Shown piece by piece: positions 52,601-64,000 of a stretch of 64,000 nt of DNA. The notes below the pieces were generated by a model. It made no database searches. It saw only the letters and a list, made by a program, of their open reading frames with translations, and had not been told where the DNA came from. The translations under genes were made by a program, and so were the position numbers. Every line of letters begins with the position of its first letter. The first letter of the stretch is position 1. The stretch is from Eledone cirrhosa (lineage: Eukaryota). The DNA is taken from NCBI GenBank assembly GCA_964016885.1, contig OZ024744.1, forward strand, positions 21,452,001 through 21,516,000, read 5' to 3'.

Positions 52601-55600
52601 GTGACAGCCACAACAGCTATGACATCTTCAGACAGTTAGAAGAGGTGACAGCAACAACAGCTATGACATCTTCAGACAGTTAGAAGAGGTGACATCCACA
52701 ACAGCTATGACATCTTCAGACAGTTAAAGAGGTGACAGGCACAACAGCTGTGACATCTTCAGACAGTTAGAAGAGGTGACAGCCACAACAGCTATGACAT
52801 CTTCAGACAGTTAGAAGAGGTGACAGGCACAACAGCTATGACATGTTCAGAGAGAAGAGGTGATAGGCACAACAGATATGACATCTTCAGACAGTTAGAA
52901 GAGGTGACAGGCACAACAGCTATGACATCTTCAGACAATGAGAAGAGGTGACAGCCACAACAGCTATGACATCTTCAGACTGTTAGAAGATGTGACAGCC
53001 ACAACAGCTATGACATCTTCAGACAGTTAGAAGAGGTGACAGCCACAACAGCTATGACATCTTTAGACAGTTAGAAGAGGTGACAGGAACAACAGCTATG
53101 ACATCTTCAGACAGTTAGAAGAGGTGACAGGCACAACAGCTATGACATCTTCAGACAGTTAGAAGAGGTGACAGCAACAACAGCTATGACATCTTCAGAC
53201 AGTTAGAAGAGGTGACAGGCACAGCAGCTATGACATCTTTAGACATTTAGAAGAGGTGACAGCCACAACAGCTATGACATCTTCAGACAGTTAGAAGAGG
53301 TGACAGGCACAACAGCTATGATATCTTCAGAGAGAAGAGGTGATAGGCACAACAGCTATGACATCTTCAGACAGTTAGAAGAGGTGACAGGCACAACAGC
53401 TATGACATCTTCAGACAGTGAGAGGAGGTGACAGCCACAACAGCTATGACATCTTCAGACTGTTAGAAGAGGTGACAGCCACAACAGCTATGAAATCTTC
53501 AGACAGAAGTGGTGACAGCCACAACAGCTATGACATCTTCAGAGAGAAGAGGTGACAGACACAACAGCTATGACATCTTCAAACAGAAGAGATGACAGAC
53601 ACAACGGCTAAAACATCTTCAGACAGTTCGAAGAGGTGACAGGCACAACAGCTCTGACATCTTCAGACAGTTAGAAGTGGTGACAGGCACAACAGCTATG
53701 ACATCTTCAGACAGAAGAGGTGACAACCACAACAGCTATGACATCTTCAGACAGTTAGAAGAGGTGACAGGCACAACAGCTATGACATCTTCAGACAGTT
53801 AGAAGAGGTGACAGGCACAACAACTGTGACATCTTCAGACAGTGAGAAGAGGTGACAGCCACAACAGCTATGACATCTTCAGACAGTTAAAAGAGGTGAC
53901 AGGCACAACAGCTGTGACATCTTCAGACAGTGAGAAGAGGTGACAGCCACAACAGCTATGACATCTTTAGACAGTTAGAAGTTGTGACAGTATCAACAGC
54001 TATGACATCTTCAGACAGTTAGAAGAGGTGACAGGCACAACAGCTTTGACATCTTCATACAGTTAGAAGAGGTAACAGCAACAACAGATATGAGATCTTC
54101 AGACAGAAGAGATGACAGACACAACAGCTATGACATCTTCAGACAGAAGAGGTGACAGGCCCAACAGCTATGAGATCTTCAGACAGAAGAGGTGACAGCC
54201 ACAACAGCTATGACATATTCAGACAGAAGAGGTGACAGGCACAACAGCTATGATATCTTTACACAGTTAGAAGAGGTGACAGCCACAACAGCTATGACAT
54301 ATTCAGACAGTTAGAAGAGGTGACAGCCACAACAGCTATGACATCTTCAGACAGTTAGAAGAGGTGACAGCCACAACAGCTATGACATCTTCAGACAGTT
54401 ATAAGATGTGACAGCCACAACAGCTATGACATCTTCAGAGAGAAGAGGTGACAGGCACAACAGCTATGACATCTTCAGACAGTTAGAAGAGGTGACAGGC
54501 ACAACAGCTATGAGATCTTCAGACAAAAGAGGTGACAGCCACAACAGCTATGACATCTTTACAGTTAGAAGAGGTGACAGCCACAACAGCTATGACATAT
54601 TCAGACAGTTAGAAGAGGTGACAGCCACAACAGCTATGACATCTTCAGACTGTTAGAAGAGGTGACAGCCACAACAGCTATGACATCTTCAGACAGAAGA
54701 GGTGACAGCCACAACAGCTATGACATCTTCAGAGAGAAGAGGTGACAGGCACAACAGCTATGACATCTTCAGACAGAAGAGGTGACAGACACAACAGCTA
54801 TAACATCTTCAGACAGTTAGAAGAGGTGACAGGCACAACAGCTATGACATCTTCAGACAGAAGAGGTGACAGACACAACAGCTATAACATCTTCAGACAG
54901 TTAGAAGAGGTGACAGGCACAACAGCTATGGCATCTTCAGACACTTAGAAGAGGTGACAGGCACAACAGCTATGACATCTTCAGACAGTTAGAAGAGGTG
55001 ACAGCCACAACAGCTATGACTTATTCAGACAGTTAGAAGAGGTGACATCCACAACAGCTATGACATCTTCAGACAGTTAAAAGAGGTGACAGGCACAACA
55101 GCTGTGACATCTTCAGACAGTTAGAAGAGGTGACAGGCACAACAGCTATGACATGTTCAGAGAGAAGAGGTGATAGGCACAACAGATATGACATCTTCAG
55201 ACAGTTAGAAGAGGTGACAGGCACAACGGCTATGCCATCTGAAGAGAGTTAGAAGAGGTGACAGGCACAACAGCTATGACATCTTCAGACAGAAGAGGTG
55301 ACAGCCACAACAGCTATGACATCTTCAGACAGTTAAAAGAGGTGACAGCAACAACAGCTATGACATCTTCAGACAGTTAGAAGAGGTGACATCCACAACA
55401 GCTATGACATCTTCAGACAGTTAAAGAGGTGACAGGCACAACAGCTGTGACATCTTCAGACAGTTAGAAGAGGTGACAGCCACAACAGCTATGACATCTT
55501 CAGACAGTTAGAAGAGGTGACAGGCACAACAGCTATGACATGTTCAGAGAGAAGAGGTGATAGGCACAACAGATATGACATCTTCAGACAGTTAGAAGAG

Positions 55601-58600
55601 GTGACAGGCACAACAGCTATGACATCTTCAGACAATGAGAAGAGGTGACAGCCACAACAGCTATGACATCTTCAGACTGTTAGAAGATGTGACAGCCACA
55701 ACAGCTATGACATCTTCAGACAGAAGAGGTAACAGCCACAACAGCTATGACATCTTCAGAGAGAAGAGGTGACAGGCACAACAGCTATGACATCTTCAGA
55801 CAGAAGAGGTGACAGACACAACAGCTATAACATCTTCAGACAGTTAGAAGAGGTGACAGGAACAACAGCTATGATATCTTCAGACAGTTAGAAGAGGTGA
55901 CAGGCACAACAGCTATGACATCTTCAGACAGTTAGAAGAGGTGACAGCAGCAACAGCTATGACATCTTCAGACAGAAGAGGTGACAGCCACAACAGCTAT
56001 GACATCTTCAGACAGTTAGAAGAGGTGACAGGCACAACAGCTATGACATCTTTAGACAGTTAGAAGAGGTGACAGCCACAACAGCTATGACATATTCAGC
56101 CAGTTAGAAGAGGTAACAGGCACAACAGCTATGACATCTTCAGACAGTTAGAAGAGGTGACAGCCACAACAGCTATGACATCTTTAGACAGTTAGAAGAG
56201 GTGACAGGAACAACAGCTATGACATCTTCAGACAGTTAGAAGAGGTGACAGGCACAACAGCTATGACATCTTCAGACAGTTAGAAGAGGTGACAGCAACA
56301 ACAGCTATGACATCTTCAGACAGTTAGAAGAGGTGACAGGCACAGCAGCTATGACATCTTTAGACATTTAGAAGAGGTGACAGCCACAACAGCTATGACA
56401 TCTTCAGACAGTTAGAAGAGGTGACAGGCACAACAGCTATGATATCTTCAGAGAGAAGAGGTGACAGGCACAACAGCTATGACATCTTCAGACAGTTATA
56501 AGAGGTGACAGGCACAACAGCTATGACATCTTCAGACAGTGAGAGGAGGTGACAGCCACAACAGCTATGACATCTTCAGACTGTTAGAAGAGGTGACAGC
56601 CACAACAGCTATGAAATCTTCAGACAGAAGTGGTGACAGCCGCAACAGCTATGACATCTTCAGAGAGAAGAGGTGACAGACACAACAGCTATGACATCTT
56701 CAAACAGAAGAGATGACAGACACAACGGCTAAAACATCTTCAGACAGTTCGAAGAGGTGACAGGCACAACAGCTCTGACATCTTCAGACAGTTAGAAGTG
56801 GTGACAGGCACAACAGCTATGACGTCTTCAGACAGAAGAGGTGACAGCCACAACAGCTATGACATCTTCAGACAGTTAGAAGAGGTGACAGGCACAACAG
56901 CTATGACATCTTCAGACAGTTAGAAGAGGTGACAGCCACAACAGCTATGACATCTTCAGACAGTTAAAAGAGGTGACAGGCACAACAGCTGTGACATCTT
57001 CAGACAGTGAGAAGAGGTGACAGCCACAACAGCTATGACATCTTCAGACAGTTAGAAGAGGTGACAGGCACAACGGCTATGCCATCTGAAGAGAGTTAGA
57101 AGAGGTGACAGGCACAACAGCTATGACATCTTCAGACAGAAGAGGTGACAGCCACAACAGCTATGACATCTTCAGACAGTTAAAAGAGGTGACAGCAACA
57201 ACAGCTATGACATCTTCAAACAGTTAGAAGAGGTGACATCCACAACAGCTATGACATCTTCAGACAGTTAAAGAGGTGACAGGCACAACAGCTGTGACAT
57301 CTTCAGACAGTTAGAAGAGGTGACAGCCACAACAGCTATGACATCTTCAGACAGTTAGAAGAGGTGACAGGCACAACAGCTATGACATGTTCAGAGAGAA
57401 GAGGTGATAGGCACAACAGATATGACATCTTCAGACAGTTAGAAGAGGTGACAGGCACAACAGCTATGACATCTTCAGACAATGAGAAGAGGTGACAGCC
57501 ACAACAGCTATGACATCTTCAGACTGTTAGAAGATGTGACAGCCACAACAGCTATGACATCTTCAGACAGAAGAGGTAACAGCCACAACAGCTATGACAT
57601 CTTCAGAGAGAAGAGGTGACAGGCACAACAGCTATGACATCTTCAGACAGAAGAGGTGACAGACACAACAGCTATAACATCTTCAGACAGTTAGAAGAGG
57701 TGACAGGAACAACAGCTATGATATCTTCAGACAGTTAGAAGAGGTGACAGGCACAACAGCTATGACATCTTCAGACAGTTAGAAGAGGTGACAGCAACAA
57801 CAGCTATGACATCTTCAGACAGAAGAGGTGACAGCCACAACAGCTATGACATCTTCAGACAGTTAGAAGAGGTGACAGGCACAACAGCTATGACATCTTT
57901 AGACAGTTAGAAGAGGTGACAGCCACAACAGCTATGACATATTCAGACAGTTAGAAGAGGTGACAGGCACAACAGCTATGACATCTTCAGACAGTTAGAA
58001 GAGGTGACAGCCACAACAGCTATGACATCTTTAGACAGTTAGAAGAGGTGACAGGAACAACAGCTATGACATCTTCAGACAGTTAGAATAGGTGACAGGC
58101 ACAACAGCTATGACATCTTCAGACAGTTAGAAGAGGTGACAGCAACAACAGCTATGACATCTTCAGACAGTTAGAAGAGGTGACAGGCACAGCAGCTATG
58201 ACATCTTTAGACATTTAGAAGAGGTGACAGCCACAACAGCTATGACATCTTCAGACAGTTAGAAGAGGTGACAGGCACAACAGCTATGATATCTTCAGAG
58301 AGAAGAGGTGACAGGCACAACAGCTATGACATCTTCAGACAGTTAGAAGAGGTGACATGCACAACAGCTATGACATCTTCAGACAGTGAGAGGAGGTGAC
58401 AGCCACAACAGCTATGACATCTTCAGACTGTTAGAAGAGGTGACAGCCACAACAGCTATGAAATCTTCAGACAGAAGTGGTGACAGCCACAACAGCTATG
58501 ACATCTTCAGAGAGAAGAGGTGACAGACACAACAGCTATGACATCTTCAAACAGAAGAGATGACAGACACAACGGCTAAAACATCTTCAGACAGTTCGAA

Positions 58601-61600
58601 GAGGTGACAGGCACAACAGCTCTGACATCTTCAGACAGTTAGAAGTGGTGACAGGCACAACAGCTATGACATCTTCAGACAGAAGAGGTGACAGCCACAA
58701 CAGCTATGACATCTTCAGACAGTTAGAAGAGGTGACAGGCACAACAGCTATGACATCTTCAGACAGTTAGAAGAGGTGACAGCCACAACAGCTATGACAT
58801 CTTCAGACAGTTAAAAGAGGTGACAGGCACAACAGCTGTGACATCTTCAGACAGTGAGAAGAGGTGACAGCCACAACAGCTATGACATCTTTAGACAGTT
58901 AGAAGTTGTGACAGTATCAACAGCTATGACATCTTCAGACAGTTAGAAGAGGTGACAGGCACAACAGCTTTGACATCTTCATACAGTTAGAAGAGGTAAC
59001 AGCAACAACAGCTATGAGATCTTCAGACAGAAGAGGTGACAGACACAACAGCTATGACATCTTCAGACAGAAGAGGTGACAGGCCCAACAGCTATGAGAT
59101 CTTCAGACAGAAGAGGTGACAGCCACAACAGCTATGACATATTCAGACAGAAGAGGTGACAGGCACAACAGCTATGATATCTTTACACAGTTAGAAGAGG
59201 TGACAGCCACAACAGCTATGACATATTCAGACAGTTAGAAGAGGTGACAGCCACAACAGCTATGACATCTTCAGACAGTTAGAAGAGGTGACAGCCACAA
59301 CAACTATGACATCTTCAGACAGTTATAAGATGTGACAGCCACAACAGCTATGACATCTTCAGAGAGAAGAGGTGACAGGCACAACAGCTATGACATCTTC
59401 AGACAGTTAGAAGAGGTGACAGGCACAACAGCTATGAGATCTTCAGACAAAAGAGGTGACAGCCACAACAGCTATGACATCTTTACAGTTAGAAGAGGTG
59501 ACAGCCACAACAGCTATGACATATTCAGACAGTTAGAAGAGGTGACAGCCACAACAGCTATGACATCTTCAGACTGTTAGAAGAGGTGACAGCCACAACA
59601 GCTATGACATCTTCAGACAGAAGAGGTGACAGACACAACAGCTATAACATCTTCAGACAGTTAGAAGAGGTGACAGGCACAACAGCTATGACATCTTCAG
59701 ACAGAAGAGGTGACAGACACAACAGCTATAACATCTTCAGACAGTTAGAAGAGGTGACAGGCACAACAGCTATGGCATCTTCAGACAGTTAGAAGAGGTG
59801 ACAGGCACAACAGCTATGACATCTTCAGACAGTTAGAAGAGGTGACAGCCACAACAGCTATGACTTATTCAGACAGTTAGAAGAGGTGACATCCACAACA
59901 GCTATGACATCTTCAGACAGTTAAAAGAGGTGACAGGCACAACAGCTGTGACATCTTCAGACAGTTAGAAGAGGTGACAGGCACAACAGCTATGACATGT
60001 TCAGAGAGAAGAGGTGATAGGCACAACAGATATGACATCTTCAGACAGTTAGAAGAGATGACAGGCACAACGGCTATGCCATCTGAAGAGAGTTAGAAGA
60101 GGTGACAGGCACAACAGCTATGACATCTTCAGACAGAAGAGGTGACAGCCACAACAGCTATGACATCTTCAGACAGTTAAAAGAGGTGACAGCAACAACA
60201 GCTATGACATCTTCAGACAGTTAGAAGAGGTGACATCCACAACAGCTATGACATCTTCAGACAGTTAAAGAGGTGACAGGCACAACAGCTGTGACATCTT
60301 CAGACAGTTAGAAGAGGTGACAGCCACAACAGCTATGACATCTTCAGACAGTTAGAAGAGGTGACAGGTACAACAGCTATGACATGTTCAGAGAGAAGAG
60401 GTGATAGGCACAACAGATATGACATCTTCAGACAGTTAGAAGAGGTGACAGGCACAACAGCTATGACATCTTCAGACAATGAGAAGAGGTGACAGCCACA
60501 ACAGCTATGACATCTTCAGACTGTTAGAAGATGTGACAGCCACAACAGCTATGACATCTTCAGACAGAAGAGGTAACAGCCACAACAGCTATGACATCTT
60601 CAGAGAGAAGAGGTGACAGGCACAACAGCTATGACATCTTCAGACAGAAGAGGTGACAGACACAACAGCTATAACATCTTCAGACAGTTAGAAGAGGTGA
60701 CAGGAACAACAGCTATGATATCTTCAGACAGTTAGAAGAGGTGACAGGCACAACAGCTATGACATCTTCAGACAGTTAGAAGAGGTGACAGCAACAACAG
60801 CTATGACATCTTCAGACAGAAGAGGTGACAGCCACAACAGCTATGACATCTTCAGACAGTTAGAAGAGGTGACAGGCACAACAGCTATGACATCTTTAGA
60901 CAGTTAGAAGAGGTGACAGCCACAACAGCTATGACATATTCAGACAGTTAGAAGAGGTGACAGGCACAACAGCTATGACATCTTCAGACAGTTAGAAGAG
61001 GTGACAGCCACAACAGCTATGACATCTTTAGACAGTTAGAAGAGGTGACAGGAACAACAGCTATGACATCTTCAGACAGTTAGAAGAGGTGACAGGCACA
61101 ACAGCTATGACATCTTCAGACAGTTAGAAGAGGTGACAGCAAAAACAGCTATGACATCTTCAGACAGTTAGAAGAGGTGACAGGCACAGCAGCTATGACA
61201 TCTTTAGACATTTAGAAGAGGTGACAGCCACAACAGCTATGACATCTTCAGACAGTTAGAAGAGGTGACAGGCACAACAGCTATGATATCTTCAGAGAGA
61301 AGAGGTGACAGGCACAACAGCTATGACATCTTCAGACAGTTAGAAGAGGTGACAGGCACAACAGCTATGACATCTTCAGACAGTGAGAGGAGGTGACAGC
61401 CACAACAGCTATGACATCTTCAGACTGTTAGAAGAGGTGACAGCCACAACAGCTATGAAATCTTCAGACAGAAGTGGTGATAGCCACAACAGCTATGACA
61501 TCTTCAGAGAGAAGAGGTGACAGACACAACAGCTATGACATCTTCAAACAGAAGAGATGACAGACACAACGGCTAAAACATCTTCAGACAGTTCGAAGAG

Positions 61601-64000
61601 GTGACAGGCACAACAGCTCTGACATCTTCAGACAGTTAGAAGTGGTGACAGGCACAACAGCTATGACATCTTCAGACAGAAGAGGTGACAGCCACAACAG
61701 CTATGACATCTTCAGACAGTTAGAAGAGGTGACAGGCACAACAGCTATGACATCTTCAGACAGTTAGAAGAGGTGACAGCCACAACAGCTATGACATCTT
61801 CAGACAGTTAAAAGAGGTGACAGGCACAACAGCTGTGACATCTTCAGACAGTGAGAAGAGGTGACAGCCACAACAGCTATGACATCTTTAGACAGTTAGA
61901 AGTTGTGACAGTATCAACAGCTATGACATCTTCAGACAGTTAGAAGAGGTGACAGGCACAACAGCTTTGACATCTTCATACAGTTAGAAGAGGTAACAGC
62001 AACAACAGCTATGAGATCTTCAGACAGAAGAGGTGACAGACACAACAGCTATGACATCTTCAGACAGAAGAGGTGACAGGCCCAACAGCTATGAAATCTT
62101 CAGACAGAAGAGGTGACTGCCACAACAGCTATGACATATTCAGACAGTTAGAAGAGGTGACAGGCACAACAGCTATGATATCTTTACACAGTTAGAAGAG
62201 GTGACAGCCACAACAGCTATGACATATTCAGACAGTTAGAAGAGGTGACAGCCACAACAGCTATGACATCTTCAGACAGTTAGAAGAGGTGACAGCCACA
62301 ACAGCTATGACATCTTCAGACAGTTATAAGATGTGACAGCCACAACAGCTATGACATCTTCAGAGAGAAGAGGTGACAGGCACAACAGCTATGACATCTT
62401 CAGACAGTTAGAAGAGGTGACAGGCACAACAGCTATGAGATCTTCAGACAAAAGAGGTGACAGCCACAACAGCTATGACATCTTTACAGTTAGAAGAGGT
62501 GACAGCCACAACAGCTATGACATATTCAGACAGTTAGAAGAGGTGACAGCCACAACAGCTATGACATCTTCAGACTGTTAGAAGAGGTGACAGCCACAAC
62601 AGCTATGACATCTTCAGACAGAAGAGGTGACAGCCACAACAGCTATGACATCTTCAGAGAGAAGAGGTGACAGGCACAACAGCTATGACATCTTCAGACA
62701 GAAGAGGTGACAGACACAACAGCTATAACATCTTCAGACAGTTAGAAGAGGTGACAGGCACAACAGCTATGACATCTTCAGACAGTTAGAAGAGGTGACA
62801 GGCACAACAGCTATGACATCTTCAGACAGTTAGAAGAGGTGACAGCCACAACAGCTATGACTTATTCAGACAGTTAGAAGAGGTGACATCCACAACAGCT
62901 ATGACATCTTCAGACAGTTAAAAGAGGTGACAGGCACAACAGCTGTGACATCTTCAGACAGTTAGAAGAGGTGACAGGCACAACAGCTATGACATGTTCA
63001 GAGAGAAGAGGTGATAGGCACAACAGATATGACATCCTCAGACAGTTAGAAGAGGTGACAGGCACAACGGCTATGCCATCTGAAGAGAGTTAGAAGAGGT
63101 GACAGGCACAACAGCTATGACATCTTCAGACAGAAGAGGTGACAGCCACAACAGCTATGACATCTTCAGACAGTTAGAAGAGGTGACAGCAACAACAGCT
63201 ATGACATCTTCAGACAGTTAGAAGAGGTGACATCCACAACAGCTATGACATCTTCAGACAGTTAAAGAGGTGACAGGCACAACAGCTGTGACATCTTCAG
63301 ACAGTTAGAAGAGGTGACAGCCACAACAGCTATGACATCTTCAGACAGTTAGAAGAGGTGACAGGCACAACAGCTATGACATGTTCAGAGAGAAGAGGTG
63401 ATAGGCACAACAGATATGACATCTTCAGACAGTTAGAAGAGGTGACAGGCACAACAGCTATGACATCTTCAGACAATGAGAAGAGGTGACAGCCACAACA
63501 GCTATCACATCTTCAGACTGTTAGAAGATGTGACAGCCACAACAGCTATGACATCTTCAGACAGAAGAGGTAACAGCCACAACAGCTATGACATCTTCAG
63601 AGAGAAGAGGTGACAGGCACAACAGCTATGACATCTTCAGACAGAAGAGGTGACAGACACAACAGCTATAACATCTTCAGACAGTTAGAAGTGGTGACAG
63701 GAACAACAGCTATGATATCTTCAGACAGTTAGAAGAGGTGACAGGCACAACAGCTATGACATCTTCAGACAGTTAGAAGAGGTGACAGGCACAACAGCTA
63801 TGACATCTTCAGACAGTTAGAAGAGGTGACAGCAACAACAGCTATGACATCTTCAGACAGAAGAGGTGACAGCCACAACAGCTATGACATCTTCAGACAG
63901 TTAGACGAGGTGACAGCCACAACAGCTATGACATCTTCAGACTGTTAGAAGAGGTGACAGCCACAACAGCTATGACATCTTCAGACAGAAGAAGTGACAG
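19655..64000. repeat. Satellite DNA array, monomer AGAGGTGACAG(G/C)CACAACAGCTATGACATCTTCAGACA(GTTA)GA (44 bp; 40-bp variant lacks GTTA; rarer 42/43-bp variants), with higher-order repeats
   Basis: Uninterrupted head-to-tail monomers in a single orientation for >44 kb (roughly a thousand monomers by length). Variant monomers recur in conserved order, and the array continues past the window end. Confidence 0.98.

Noticed and set aside
19655-64000. CRISPR-like appearance and short MTATTAMTSS ORFs in the 44-bp array
   Set aside because: There are no unique spacers and no cas genes, and the context is eukaryotic. The ORFs are chance runs through 40/44-bp monomers.
19655-64000. CTGAAGA on the satellite minus strand as a hammerhead core
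   Set aside because: There is no downstream GAAA, stem III or UH site in the monomer, so it cannot form a ribozyme.

Overview
Gene-free, repeat-saturated eukaryotic DNA. The SINE families and dense (TA)n/(TAC)n tracts resemble Octopus/cephalopod genomes, but this taxonomic call is an inference. Positions 1-14.3 kb hold a decayed L1/Tx1-type LINE (minus strand), microsatellites, tRNA-derived SINEs, several non-autonomous Helitrons and a ~385 bp near-perfect palindrome with a hammerhead motif in each arm. The standout feature is 14363-18813, an almost invariant 310-bp tandem array inside a (TA)n tract. It is arranged as two divergent arms (~6.4 units on minus, ~8.0 units on plus), and every full unit carries an intact minimal type I hammerhead ribozyme, making it a retrozyme/Penelope-pLTR-like self-cleaving RNA array. 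It is followed by a frameshifted Helitron PIF1 helicase fragment (19.14-19.48 kb) and a >44 kb satellite (44/40-bp monomers with kilobase-scale higher-order repeats) that runs off the end of the window. No intact protein-coding gene is supported.
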